In this document: piece by piece, positions 45,322-55,885 of the stretch
Position numbering within the stretch: position 1 is the first letter of the stretch
Layout: each line of letters opens with the position of its first letter
Source of the DNA: an uncultured Acidimicrobiaceae bacterium
GTDB lineage: Bacteria; Actinomycetota; Acidimicrobiia; Acidimicrobiales; Bog-793
Length of the DNA: 64,000 nt
Assembly (NCBI GenBank): GCA_963761425.1
Contig: CAVXGQ010000002.1
Span: 714-64,713, forward strand
Direction: 5' to 3'
The notes under the pieces: generated by a model
What the model was told of the DNA's origin: nothing
Databases searched by the model: none
What the model saw: only the letters and a program-made list of their open reading frames with translations
Position numbers and translations under genes: made by a program

Positions 45322-46234
45322 TCGTTCGGTGATCGGACAACCCCTCTCTTCCCACCGGGCCGTCGCTTGTTCGCTGCTCCCGGTCAGGGACGGAGGCGAG
45401 CACGCCATCGTGTTTCCGGTGGAGCGATCTGCCGACTGGCGATAGAGCTCGACTGAATCCAGCACTCCGTATGCATGATTTGGGTGTTTGATAGGCGCAG
45501 CTGACCGGCCGGCGAGACGTAGGGGGCAGGTCGGTGTAGCTGTCGAGCCCCGGGGAATTGGCGGAGCTTCGGCGGCACGTCGGTGCCAGGGTGATCCTTC
45601 GTGCGGTCACGCACCGTGACCCGTTCGCACCTCCCGTCAGAGGTTGCAGCAGCCGTTTCGCGGGCTGCACCGTGAGCTCGGACCCAGATCGGCCTTGCGG
45701 GGGCTCGAAGTTGACGCGAACTGGCCGACGGGGCACGCGGCGAAGGGTTTCGATTGCGTGACTGGGCGGCAGCCCGACGCGGCGCCCGGCGGGTTTGGCG
45801 TACAAACACCCAGTTCAGATGGGGCGGCCGACCGGACCCGGGAGGCCTTGCTTGTCGCACCGCATGTCAGTAACGTGACATCTCGAAGATTCCGTGAAAC
45901 CAGGTGTCAATGATCTCAGGACTTCCCGTAAAAGGGATACGCGGCCGATTTTGTCTGCCGCGGACGACTGTTGAGGTCGTTGTCCCCGACTCCTCCGGGG
46001 CGAACGCCGACCGGGCTCGCGATGAAGTCAGGCGTCGTTTCCGCGATTTAGGAGCGGAATCCAGTTTCGCACCGGGGCGGTTCCGCCACCCGATCGCGAC
46101 TTCCGACGGACGTCGGACCATCGGTACAACTCGCCAGGTTCGCTCCGTCGCCACCGCGGGACCCGCCATCACCACTCTGACGTACAGTCAGCAGCTACAA
46201 GAAAGGGGGTCGGCATAGGCGGCTCTGTCGGGTG

Positions 46235-46279
46235 AGCGCTTTGCGTTCGCTCTGGTCCAGCGCTTTCGGTTGAAGCGCT
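46235..46279. promoter_or_regulatory. three AGCGCT hexamers and a 7-bp hairpin upstream of the ABC operon (candidate operator/leader structure)
   Basis: AGCGCT occurs at 46235-46240, 46259-46264 and 46274-46279. AGCGCTT..AAGCGCT can form a 7-bp stem (46259-46279). The cluster lies 135-180 nt upstream of the SBP start. Confidence 0.25.
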
Positions 46280-46414
46280 CAGGCGATTCAGCCGGGTTGG
46301 AAGGGGCCGTGAGAAGGTGCAATTCACATTGTCGACTAAGCCCTCGGTGACCAGGAGAATCTGGTCGAGAGGGCCCCGAAGTCGCAACATGCATATAGAC
46401 AAGCCAAAGGGGAC

Positions 46415-47530
46415 ATGAATATGGCGAAGTTTGAACCCCATGAGGTGGACCCAAAGCAGTATGAGATATCGAGGCGCCGGTTCCTGCGTAATGCCGGCCT
46501 GGTGACGGCCTCTGTGCCGTTCCTCGGTGGGTTGACCGAGATTCTGGAAGAACGGGGAGCGTCGGCCGCGACGTACCACGATGAGTCGAATCCACTCTTC
46601 GCGCACCACCCGGCCTACAAGTTCACGTTCGACAACCACGTGACGACGAACCCGTTCTTCACGGCTACCATCTACGGCACCCAAGACGCCGCGCACATCC
46701 TCGGTATCCCAACGCCGCAATGGACGGGATCGGTGGTCTCTGCGGTCTCGGACATGGTGACCGCGATGGACGTCGCGATTGCCGCCAAGGTGAACGGGAT
46801 CGCCACCACGCTGATCGACCCGACGGCCTTCAACGCGCCGGTCGACCATGCGCTGAGTATCGGCATTCCCGTCGTCGCCTACAACGCCTGGGAGCCCCTC
46901 AACAACGCGATGTGCTACGTCGGACAGAGCAACCTCACGGCAGGTGCCGCGGCCGCGGAGCGGATCGTGGCCACCCTGAAGAAGGGCGACCTGATCGGCA
47001 TGGTCATCGCGACCCCGGGTACCGGCAACATCCAGCCGCGAATCAACGGAGCTCTGCCGATCTTCAAGAAGGCAGGACTGGTGACCGAAGTCGTTGCCGG
47101 TGGCGCACTACTTGCCGCCGAGGTCACGGCGGTCCAGGCATGGTGGGAAGGCCACAAGGACGTGAAGTTCTTGTACGCCGTTGACAACGGTGACTCTGCC
47201 GCCGTCGCCGACTGCATCACCGTCAACCACCTGCACGGGATTACCGGCGGTGGGGGATGGGACGTCAGCCTCCCGGTGCTCGACGGCATCAAGAGCGGCG
47301 CCCTGGAGTACTCGATCGACCAGCAGGCGTACCTGCAGGGCTTCGTACCGACCGTCCAGCTGTTCCTGTACAACATCTCGGCTGGTCTGATGAAGCCGTG
47401 CAACACCGACACCGGCCTTGGCTTCATTACCTCGGCGAACGTCGAGCCGTACCTTGTGCACGCGACGCGGTTCGAGGGAGCCAGCCCAACCGAGACGGCG
47501 TACGCGCCTCCGTCAAAGATCGGGTTCTAA
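46415..47530 (+). CDS. sugar ABC-transporter substrate-binding protein (CUT2/ribose-xylose type) with Tat-like signal
   Basis: It has the twin-arginine signal SRRRFLRNAGLVTASVPFLGG. The body has a periplasmic-binding-protein type-1 pattern. Confidence 0.85.
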   Translation: MNMAKFEPHEVDPKQYEISRRRFLRNAGLVTASVPFLGGLTEILEERGASAATYHDESNPLFAHHPAYKFTFDNHVTTNPFFTATIYGTQDAAHILGIPTPQWTGSVVSAVSDMVTAMDVAIAAKVNGIATTLIDPTAFNAPVDHALSIGIPVVAYNAWEPLNNAMCYVGQSNLTAGAAAAERIVATLKKGDLIGMVIATPGTGNIQPRINGALPIFKKAGLVTEVVAGGALLAAEVTAVQAWWEGHKDVKFLYAVDNGDSAAVADCITVNHLHGITGGGGWDVSLPVLDGIKSGALEYSIDQQAYLQGFVPTVQLFLYNISAGLMKPCNTDTGLGFITSANVEPYLVHATRFEGASPTETAYAPPSKIGF

Positions 47531-47533
47531 TTA

Positions 47534-48562
47534 GTGCAGTCCTCGACTCCTGAAGGGGAGGTCGCAGCCCCCGCTCCGCGGTTTGCGGAGCGGGGGCTCG
47601 TGCGACGTGTCTCGGATGTGTTCTTCATCCGACCGGAGGCGACGATCGTCGTCGTTGCCATCGCGCTGATCGCCTATTTCTCGTACCGCAACTCGTCCTT
47701 CTACTCCTACTACAACATCGTCACGATGACGCAGTACACCGCGCCGATCGCGGTGATCGGGGCGGGCGAGGTGCTGTTGCTCGACCTGGCCGAGATCGAC
47801 CTGTCCTCAGGCCAGGTCTTCCTCACGGCTCCGTGGATTGTCGTGCTCCTCAGGCAACACGGTCTGGCACTGGGCTGGGGGATCGGCCTGTCGCTGGTGA
47901 TCTGCTCGCTCATCGGCGCGTTCAATGGGTCCATCGTCGTTTGGCTGAAGGTGCCGTCGTTCGTCGCGACGCTAGGCGTGAACTACGTGCTCGCCGGGTA
48001 CGTTCTCGTCGTCTCGAGCGACATCACCACCGACATGGTCGGCACGACGGGCAAGTTCGGTGCCGTCGCCGGAATCAGCAATTGGGCCGAGGGCCTGTGG
48101 GGATTAGGGCTCCTCCTCATCGTCTGGGCGTTGCTCAAGGGGACCGTTTTCGGTCTCCACACGACAGCGACGGGCGGCAACGAGCTCGGTGCCGCTGAGG
48201 CCGGTGTCCGCACCCGGCAGGTCAAGATATGGTGTTTCGTCATCATCGCCTTCATTTCCGCTCTGATCGGCATTGTCGACGCGATCCGAATCGGAAGCCT
48301 CGACCCGGCGGCTCCCGGACTTAACGAGATGCTGGCCGGCGTCACGGCGGCGGTGATCGGGGGAACCGCTCTCACCGGTGGTAAGGCCACGGTGTTCGGG
48401 ACCTTGATCGGAGCGATCGTGCTCGGCGTGCTCGAGGACGGATTCAACCTCATTGGTATCAGCGCGAACTGGTTCATCCTCGTGGAAGGCGCCGTGATCC
48501 TTTTGGCGATGGCGGTGAACGTCCAGCTCGGACGCGTGACGGCGAAGACGATGCGACGATGA
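47534..48562 (+). CDS. sugar ABC-transporter permease (RbsC/XylH-like)
   Basis: 342-aa polytopic protein with typical CUT2 permease segments (..GEIDLSSGQV.., ..TATGGNELGAAEAGV.., GGTALTGGKATVFGTLIGA). Confidence 0.88.
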   Translation: MQSSTPEGEVAAPAPRFAERGLVRRVSDVFFIRPEATIVVVAIALIAYFSYRNSSFYSYYNIVTMTQYTAPIAVIGAGEVLLLDLAEIDLSSGQVFLTAPWIVVLLRQHGLALGWGIGLSLVICSLIGAFNGSIVVWLKVPSFVATLGVNYVLAGYVLVVSSDITTDMVGTTGKFGAVAGISNWAEGLWGLGLLLIVWALLKGTVFGLHTTATGGNELGAAEAGVRTRQVKIWCFVIIAFISALIGIVDAIRIGSLDPAAPGLNEMLAGVTAAVIGGTALTGGKATVFGTLIGAIVLGVLEDGFNLIGISANWFILVEGAVILLAMAVNVQLGRVTAKTMRR

Positions 48563-49461
48563 GTAATGATGATGGGATGAACGAAGTCCAGCTGGCAGGG
48601 ACGTCTGAGGTCGAGCTATCCGGCGGAGACTCGCCGGCAAGCGGTGTCGACGCGGCGCTCACCCGCCGCCAAGCGGTGGAGGGCCAGGACGTCATCCTTC
48701 GTACCGAAGGGATCACGAAGAGCTTCGGTGCTCTTATCGTCCTGAGGGGCCTTGATGTCTACCTTCGGCGCGGCGAAGTGCTCGGCTTGGTGGGCGACAA
48801 CGGCAGTGGCAAGAGCACCTTCATGAAGGTCCTCTGTGGTTTCCATCGCCAGGACGCGGGGAGGATCTTTGTCGAGGAAGAGGCGGTGGACTTCCACTCG
48901 GTGAAAGACGCTCGCCGACACGGCATCGAGGCCGTCTATCAGGACTTGGCACTCGTTCCGGCGCTTACGGTCTACCAGAACTTGTTCCTCAATCGCGAGA
49001 TGACCCATTTCGGGTGGCTGCGTTGGCTGTCGAACAAGAAGATGCGCCAGATGTCGCGCCAGTACCTCGCCGACATCAACGTGCAGGTCTCCAGCGTCGA
49101 CGCGCTCGTCGAGAGCATGTCCGGTGGCCAGCGGCAAGCCGTCGCCCTGGCGAGAGCGACGCACCAGCAGGCGAAGATTCTCCTGCTCGACGAGCCGCTC
49201 GCCGCGATGGGCGCCAAGGAGTCAGCGCTGGTCATCGACCTCGTCAAAGACCTTTCGCACAATCTCGGCGTGTCGATGCTCATCATCGACCACAACTATC
49301 AGCACTTGTTCGAGCTTTGCGACCGGCTGAACGTCTTGCAGGAAGGCCGCATCACCCTCGACCAGAGCGTCGAGGACACGACGATGGAGGACCTGACCGC
49401 GCTCATGGTCGCCGAGTACCGTCGTCGCATCACCCTCGGCCAAGAGGAGCTCCGGGTTTGA
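48559..49461 (+). CDS. sugar ABC-transporter ATP-binding protein (single NBD)
   Basis: It has Walker A GDNGSGKST, the signature MSGGQRQAVALARA and Walker B ILLLDEPLAAMG. It overlaps the permease stop by 4 nt. Confidence 0.9.
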   Translation: MSNDDGMNEVQLAGTSEVELSGGDSPASGVDAALTRRQAVEGQDVILRTEGITKSFGALIVLRGLDVYLRRGEVLGLVGDNGSGKSTFMKVLCGFHRQDAGRIFVEEEAVDFHSVKDARRHGIEAVYQDLALVPALTVYQNLFLNREMTHFGWLRWLSNKKMRQMSRQYLADINVQVSSVDALVESMSGGQRQAVALARATHQQAKILLLDEPLAAMGAKESALVIDLVKDLSHNLGVSMLIIDHNYQHLFELCDRLNVLQEGRITLDQSVEDTTMEDLTALMVAEYRRRITLGQEELRV

Positions 49462-49559
49462 CACCGCCGGGTCCGGGCGCAGCAGATGTCGGTGGTTGCA
49501 TCTTCGATCGACGGCTCTCGAATGAATGGATCATCTCAGACCGCTAAGGGGCCGCCATT

Positions 49560-50609
49560 ATGGAATATCGCCAGCTTGGCTATACGGGTGTGCGGGTTTC
49601 CGCCCTAGCGCTAGGCACCATGACCTTCGGGGGCCGTGGGAAGTTCGCCATGGTCGGCGAGACCGAGGTTGACGAGGCTCGGCGCATCGTCGATCGGGCG
49701 CTCGAAGGCGGCATCAACTTCATCGACACCGCCGACGTCTATTCGGACGGACGGTCCGAGGAGATCGTCGGTGAGGTGCTGAAGGGGCGCCGCGACGAGA
49801 TCGTGCTCGCCACCAAGGCGCGCTTCGCGATGGGGGAAGGCCAGAACGACGCCGGGCTGTCACGCCGGTACCTCCTGCGGGCTTGCGAGGCGAGCCTCCG
49901 CCGCCTGGGAACCGATTACATCGACCTGTACCAGGTGCACCAGCGGGACGGCCTTACCCCCATGGAGGAGACGCTGGACGCGCTCGACACCCTCGTGCAT
50001 CAGGGGAAGGTGCGCTACGTCGGCTGTTCGAACCACTCGGCGTGGCACCTCATGAAGGCGCTCGGCATCTCGGAGCGCCTGGGGCTGCAGCGCTACGTCA
50101 CCCAGCAGATCTACTACTCCTTGCTCGATAGGGACGCCGAGTACGAGCTCATCCCACTGTCGATCGACCAGCAGCTCGGGGTGCTCATCTGGAGCCCGCT
50201 GGCCGGTGGACTGCTCTCGGGCAAGTACCGGCGGAACGTGAAACCGCCGGCGGGTTCGCGGCAGACCACGCCCTGGGGCGAGCCACCCGTCTACGACCAG
50301 GACCGGATGTACCGCATCATCGACAAGCTCGTGGAGGTGGCTTCGGCCCGCGGCGTCTCCCCGGCGCAGGCGGCGCTCGCCTACCTGCTCGGGCGCCCGG
50401 CAATCACCTCGGTGATTGTCGGCGCGCGCAACGAGGAGCAGCTCCTCGACAATCTCGGATCCGTCGAATGGACGCTGAGCGATGACGAGCGGGCCCGGCT
50501 CGACGAGGTCAGTGCGCCGCGCCTCATCTACCCCTACTGGCACCAGGCCAACACCGCCTCGGAGCGACTCAGTGCGGCCGATGAAGCGCTACTGCGCCCG
50601 TACCACTAG
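49560..50609 (+). CDS. aldo/keto reductase
   Basis: [64 protein letters not shown]. Confidence 0.9.
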   Translation: MEYRQLGYTGVRVSALALGTMTFGGRGKFAMVGETEVDEARRIVDRALEGGINFIDTADVYSDGRSEEIVGEVLKGRRDEIVLATKARFAMGEGQNDAGLSRRYLLRACEASLRRLGTDYIDLYQVHQRDGLTPMEETLDALDTLVHQGKVRYVGCSNHSAWHLMKALGISERLGLQRYVTQQIYYSLLDRDAEYELIPLSIDQQLGVLIWSPLAGGLLSGKYRRNVKPPAGSRQTTPWGEPPVYDQDRMYRIIDKLVEVASARGVSPAQAALAYLLGRPAITSVIVGARNEEQLLDNLGSVEWTLSDDERARLDEVSAPRLIYPYWHQANTASERLSAADEALLRPYH

Positions 50610-50743
50610 AACCTCCGGGCGCTTCGGAGCATGAGCACCTTCGGGAGACGCCAACAGGCGTCGTTGACGGGCCATCGCGCCCATCGGCTCCGGGAGCCGA
50701 CCGGTCGAGCAAGGCATGGGGAGGATCAGGAGAGGCTCGCCAG

Positions 50744-51016
50744 ATGACCGTTCCGACCAAGCAGGACAGGTTCTCGTTCGGTCTGCGGACGGTCGGCTGG
50801 CAGGCACGGGACAACTTCGGCGACGCGACGCGGCGTCCTCTCGATCCCGTGGAATCTGTTACTCACCTCGCCGAGCTCGGTGCCTGGGGCGTGAGCTTCC
50901 ATGACGACGACCTCGTTCCGTTCGGGAGCGATCAGGCCGAGCGCGACCGGCTCGTAAAGCGCTTCCGTCGTGCCGTCGACGAGTGCGGTCTCGTCGCGGG
51001 ACGTGCGGAGCGATGA
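50744..51016 (+). pseudogene. xylA: xylose isomerase remnant (first ~84 codons only; catalytic core deleted)
   Basis: [83 protein letters not shown] matches the N-terminus of actinobacterial XylA. The ORF then ends after 7 more codons. Full-length XylA is about 390 aa. Confidence 0.85.
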
Positions 51017-52458
51017 CCCTCGTCGCCGGCGTCGACTCCTCCACCCAGTCGTGCAAGGTCGTCGTGTGCGATGCCGCGACAGGCACGGTCGTCCGCTCGG
51101 GAAGCGCGCCGCATCCTGACGGGACCGAGATCGACCCGGCGTTCTGGCTGGCGGCACTGCGCAAGGCTCTTGATGAGGCCGGAGGCCTGGGCGACGTTGC
51201 CGCCGTCGCCGTGGCGGCGCAGCAACACGGGATGGTGTGCCTGGACGGGAACGGCTCGGTCGTCCGCCCGTCGCTGCTCTGGGACGACACCCGCTCGGCG
51301 GTGGCGGCCGCCGACCTCCTCGACGAGCTCGGCGGTCCGGTTGAAGGGGGTCGGGCGTGGGCCGAGGCCGTGGGCAGCGTGCCGACGGCGTCATTTACCG
51401 TGACGAAGCTGCGTTGGCTCGCCGAACACGAACCGGAACATGCCGCCACGACCGCCTCGGTGTGCCTTCCCCACGACTGGCTCACCTGGCAGCTCGGCGG
51501 GGCGAGAACCGGTCGGAAGCTCGGTGCGAACGCCCTCGCGACCGACCGGGGTGACGCCAGCGGGACGGGCTACTTCTCTCCGGCCACCGGCCAGTACCGC
51601 CTGGACCTGTTTGAGCGGGCCTTCGGACGGGTGGCTGAGGTACCGGGGATCCTCAACCCCTCGCAGCCTGCAGGCCAGACCGCCGACAGCCTGATTCTGG
51701 GGTGCGGCACCGGGGACAACGCCGCCGCGGCGCTCGGCGTTGGTGCGTCCTCCGGAGACGTCGTGGTGTCCATCGGGACCTCGGGAACCGTTTTCGCCGT
51801 CTGTGACCATCCGGTCGAAGACCCCACCGGGATCATCGCCGGCTTTGCCGACGCGACCGGTCGTTTCCTGCCCCTCGTGTGCACGCTCAACGCGGCCCGG
51901 GTGTTCAAGGCGGCGGCTCGACTCCTGGGGGTCGCCCAGCACGAGCTTTTTTCACTCGCCCTCCGGGCCCCGCCGGGGGCGGGCGGCCTCGTGGTGGTCC
52001 CCTACTTCGAAGGCGAGCGGACGCCGAACCGGCCCTTTTCCACGGCTGCCGTGCACGGCCTCCGTCTTCCCACCGCGACCCCGGCCTACTTCGCGCGCGC
52101 GGTGGTGGAAGGCGTGCTGTGCGGACTCGCGGTCGGACTCGATGCCCTCACCGCGCACGATGTGCGCGCCGAACGCGTGATCCTCATCGGGGGGGCCAGC
52201 CGCTCCGAGACCGTCCGTCGGATCGCCCCCGGGATCCTTGGGCGGCCCGTCGTGGTGCCGGCGGCGGCACAGCACGTCGCCATTGGCGCCGCCCGGCAGG
52301 CGGCATGGGCACTGAGCGGTGAGGCCCTTCCCCCGGCGTGGAGCGCCGGGCGGAGCACGACCTATGAAGCCGAGTCCCTCGATTTCGTCCGGGCCCGCTA
52401 CGCCGAGGTCTGCGACATGACGGCGAGCGTGCCAGCAGAAGAGACGGCGTCCGGTTGA
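51013..52458 (+). CDS. xylB: xylulokinase
   Basis: FGGY kinase: [46 protein letters not shown].. It lies beside xylA, and its ATG overlaps the remnant's TGA (ATGA). Confidence 0.88.
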   Translation: MTLVAGVDSSTQSCKVVVCDAATGTVVRSGSAPHPDGTEIDPAFWLAALRKALDEAGGLGDVAAVAVAAQQHGMVCLDGNGSVVRPSLLWDDTRSAVAAADLLDELGGPVEGGRAWAEAVGSVPTASFTVTKLRWLAEHEPEHAATTASVCLPHDWLTWQLGGARTGRKLGANALATDRGDASGTGYFSPATGQYRLDLFERAFGRVAEVPGILNPSQPAGQTADSLILGCGTGDNAAAALGVGASSGDVVVSIGTSGTVFAVCDHPVEDPTGIIAGFADATGRFLPLVCTLNAARVFKAAARLLGVAQHELFSLALRAPPGAGGLVVVPYFEGERTPNRPFSTAAVHGLRLPTATPAYFARAVVEGVLCGLAVGLDALTAHDVRAERVILIGGASRSETVRRIAPGILGRPVVVPAAAQHVAIGAARQAAWALSGEALPPAWSAGRSTTYEAESLDFVRARYAEVCDMTASVPAEETASG

Positions 52459-52657
52459 GGGCCGCATCGGGCCAGGTACCCTGCGCCGAGGGCCGCGTTC
52501 GCCACCGGACCGTGTTGATGGCCAGTCCCGCTTGGGGCCGGGCACGGCCCGACCAGGCGGTGCCGGGAAATCGTAAGCGAGAACCCAGCTAAGGAGGGTG
52601 GGAGATGCAGTTGCGTGGGCGCGTTCTGCCGAGGCGATCCCGTTCGGCGGGCGGGGC

Positions 52658-54352
52658 ATGAACCCCGCGGTGCCGGCTAACGGTCGGCGACTGGCGATTG
52701 GCATCGACTTCGGGACGCGGTCCGGCCGCGTGCTGCTCCTCGATCTCGGTTCCGGAGAAGAGGTCGCGGTCTCGGAGATCCGCTACCCGCACGGTGTCAT
52801 CGACTCCAGGCTTCCCTCGAACAACGCAGAGCTGCCGCCAGACACCGCGCTGCAGGACCCCGGCGACTATCTCGAGGTCCTCTACCGGGGGATCCCCGAG
52901 GCGCTCGAGGCCGGGAGGGCCCGAGCCGAGGAGGTGATCGGCCTCGGTATCGACTCCACCGCTTGCACCGTGTTGCCGGTGACCGAAGACGGCACGCCGC
53001 TGTGCGAGCTCGAGGCGTGGCGGGACCACCCCCACGCCTGGGTCAAGCTCTGGAAGCACCACTCCGCTCAGCCGATCGCCGATCGGCTGAACGAGGTCGC
53101 CGTCGCCCGTGGGGAGGACTTTCTGGGCCGTTGTGGGGGGCGTCTGTCTTCTGAGTGGTACTTCCCGAAGCTCATCGAGACCTGGCAGGAAGACCGCGCC
53201 CTCTACGACGCGATGGCCGCATTCGTCGAGGCGACGGACTGGGTGGTGTGGCATCTCACCGGCTCGCTGGTGCGCGCCAGTTGCACCGCCGGCTACAAGG
53301 CCTGCTGGTCCCCGCGGGAGGGCCTGCCGTCGCGAGCCTATTTCGAGGCGGCCTATCCGGGCTTTCCGGACCCCTCCGAGAAACTGGGGACGGATTTTGC
53401 GCCCCCCGGTCGGTGCGCGGGAACTCTGCGACCCGAAGTGGCGGCCCGCCTCGGCCTGCCCTCGACGGTGGCAGTGGCGGTCGGCAACGTCGACTCTTTC
53501 GTTTCGCTCCCCGGAGTTGGGGTCCAGAGTCCAGGGGTGTTCGTGATGGTTGTGGGCACGTCGATCTGCGACCTGGTCATCGACCGACGTGAGGTCCCGA
53601 TGTCGGGGATCACCGGGGTGGTAGAAGACGGCATCCTTCCCGGTTTCTTCGGCTACGAGGCGGGACAAGCCGCGGTCGGAGATATGTTCGCCTGGTTTGG
53701 GGGGCGCCTATTGGGCTTCACCCGCCGTCACGCTGGTGGCAACGAAAACTGGTACACGAACCTGGAGCGGTCGGCGGCGGCCCTGGCGCCGGGCTCGAGC
53801 GGGCTCGTCGCCCTCGACTGGTGGAACGGAAACCGGTCGATTCTCGGTGACGCCGACCTATCCGGGGTCCTCGCCGGCCTGACCCTGGCGACGACGCCGG
53901 CGGAGATCTATCGGGCGCTCCTCGAGTCGGTGGCCTTCGGGACCCGGCGGATCGTCGAGAACTTCGTGGAGCACGACATCGCCCTCTCCGAGGTGGTCGC
54001 CTGTGGCGGGATCGCCGAGCGCAGCGCGCTCATGATGCAGCTGCTCGCCGACGTGACCGGGATGCCGCTCACCATCCCCGACTCGAAACAGATTCCCGCC
54101 CGTGGCGCGGCCCTGTTCGGCGCGCTGGCCGCGGGGGCGTCCCGCGGCGGCTTCGACGACATCGAGCGGGCCGTCGCCGAGCTCAGACCGGCCACCGCCC
54201 TTCGCTACCAACCGGCACCGCGCTGCCGGGCGACCTATGACGAGGTCTATGCGGTGTTCCGTGCCCTCCACGACGAGCTCGGTCGGGAGCACGTGGAGTG
54301 GCTGCACCGGTTGAAGCAGATCCGTCGAGCTGCCCTGGCGAGCCATCCCTGA
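52658..54352 (+). CDS. araB: L-ribulokinase
   Basis: It aligns along its length with the AraB pattern (LAIGIDFGTRSGRV.., GIDSTACT, LSSEWYFPKL, GTSICD, PGFFGYEAGQAAVGDMFAWF, LDWWNGNRS, GGIAE). The start was chosen at MNPAV. Confidence 0.88.
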   Translation: MNPAVPANGRRLAIGIDFGTRSGRVLLLDLGSGEEVAVSEIRYPHGVIDSRLPSNNAELPPDTALQDPGDYLEVLYRGIPEALEAGRARAEEVIGLGIDSTACTVLPVTEDGTPLCELEAWRDHPHAWVKLWKHHSAQPIADRLNEVAVARGEDFLGRCGGRLSSEWYFPKLIETWQEDRALYDAMAAFVEATDWVVWHLTGSLVRASCTAGYKACWSPREGLPSRAYFEAAYPGFPDPSEKLGTDFAPPGRCAGTLRPEVAARLGLPSTVAVAVGNVDSFVSLPGVGVQSPGVFVMVVGTSICDLVIDRREVPMSGITGVVEDGILPGFFGYEAGQAAVGDMFAWFGGRLLGFTRRHAGGNENWYTNLERSAAALAPGSSGLVALDWWNGNRSILGDADLSGVLAGLTLATTPAEIYRALLESVAFGTRRIVENFVEHDIALSEVVACGGIAERSALMMQLLADVTGMPLTIPDSKQIPARGAALFGALAAGASRGGFDDIERAVAELRPATALRYQPAPRCRATYDEVYAVFRALHDELGREHVEWLHRLKQIRRAALASHP

Positions 54353-54475
54353 ACCCGCCAGGAAGGGGTCTTCGAGGTGCTGATCGCCGCACGATTCGCC
54401 TCGGCGGGACCGCAAGGTCGCGGTACTAGGGTCAGAAATGAAGGGCCCGCGGACGCGGCTGCGAAGGAGGATGTG

Positions 54476-55876
54476 ATGCCAACCAACGAGCGACCGCGGA
54501 TCGGGATGCTCGGAATCATGCAGGAGCTCTACGACGACATGATCCCGCGCATCACCGAGCACCAGGCCGAATTCTCCCGCGAGCTCTGCGCCCAACTCGC
54601 CCCTGTTGCTGAGGTCGTCTTCACCCGCCCGGCGCGCAACCGCGACGACGTCGAGGCGATCGTGAAGGACCTCGTCGGCCGCAACCTCGACGGGATCATG
54701 ATCGTCATGCTCACCTACGGGCCCGCCATGCGCACCCTGCGGGCGCTCGAGGAGAACCCTCTGCCCATCCTGCTCGCCAACATCCAGCCGGAGCGGGTCG
54801 TCTCGGCGTCCTGGACGATGGACGACCTCACCTACAACCAGGGCATCCACGGGGCCCAGGACCAGTCGAACGCCCTGCTGCGCGCCGGACTGCCCTACTC
54901 GGTCCTCACCAACGAGTGGCGCTCACCGGAATTCCTGGCGTCCTTCGAGGCTTGGGCGAGGGTCGCGCAGACGGTGACGAAGCTGCGGCGCACGAAGATC
55001 GCCCTGTTCGGCTACCCCATGAACGGCATGGAGGACATCACCTACGACGCCGCGGCGCTGCTCCGCCAGATCGGGCCGATGATCGTCAACGAGAACCTCG
55101 GGGACGTCTACCGACGGATGCAGGCCGCGAGCGCCGACGCCGTGGAGTCGGTGCGCCGACAGCACGCCGCACAGTTCGAGATCGATCCCAAGCTTCCCCC
55201 CGAAAGCCACGAGTACGCCATCCGCTTCGAGCTGGCGTTGCGGGAGATCCTGTCCGAGCGTGGTTACGACGGGCTCTCGGTGCACTTCGAGCCGGTCGGG
55301 CGGGACGGGCGCTTCGAGCAGCTGCCCTTGCTGGCCGCCTCGGACCTCATGGCGGACGGCTACGGCTACGGCGCCGAAGGGGACACGAACACCGCCGCCC
55401 TCATCAGCGCCGGCCACACGCTCATCGGCGACGCGCACTTCAGCGAGATGTACGCCATGGACTACGAGCTGGACTCGGTGCTCATCAGCCACATGGGCGA
55501 GGGCAACTGGAAGATCGCACGTCACGACCGTCCGATCCGCCTCATCGACCGGCCGCTCGGGATCGCCGGTCTCGGCAACCCGCCCACGACCGTGTTCTCC
55601 GCCGAGCCCGGCGTCGCGACGGTAGCCACGCTCATCGCCCTCGAAGGTGATCTCTTCCGGCTCGCCGTCGCCCGCGGTGAGGTGCTCGACACCCCGGAAC
55701 TTCCCCAGGTCCAGATGCCGTACTTCCATTTCCGGCCGGACTCCGGAATGCGTTCGTTCCTCACCGCCTGGCTGCGGAACGGCGGGTTGCACCACTTCTG
55801 CCTGAACCTCGGTGATCATGTCGAACGTTGGCAGCGGCTCGCCGAGCTGCTCGACGTCGACTTCGTCGAGATCTGA
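54476..55876 (+). CDS. araA: L-arabinose isomerase-family protein
   Basis: ..GYGYGAEGDTNTAAL.. and ..HMGEGN.. with the C-terminal ..GGLHHFCLNLGDH.. match AraA blocks (GYGFAGEGDWKTAAL, SHMLEV, GGAHHTVF). It is positioned between araB and araD. Confidence 0.75.
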   Translation: MPTNERPRIGMLGIMQELYDDMIPRITEHQAEFSRELCAQLAPVAEVVFTRPARNRDDVEAIVKDLVGRNLDGIMIVMLTYGPAMRTLRALEENPLPILLANIQPERVVSASWTMDDLTYNQGIHGAQDQSNALLRAGLPYSVLTNEWRSPEFLASFEAWARVAQTVTKLRRTKIALFGYPMNGMEDITYDAAALLRQIGPMIVNENLGDVYRRMQAASADAVESVRRQHAAQFEIDPKLPPESHEYAIRFELALREILSERGYDGLSVHFEPVGRDGRFEQLPLLAASDLMADGYGYGAEGDTNTAALISAGHTLIGDAHFSEMYAMDYELDSVLISHMGEGNWKIARHDRPIRLIDRPLGIAGLGNPPTTVFSAEPGVATVATLIALEGDLFRLAVARGEVLDTPELPQVQMPYFHFRPDSGMRSFLTAWLRNGGLHHFCLNLGDHVERWQRLAELLDVDFVEI

Positions 55877-55885
55877 GCGGTCGCC

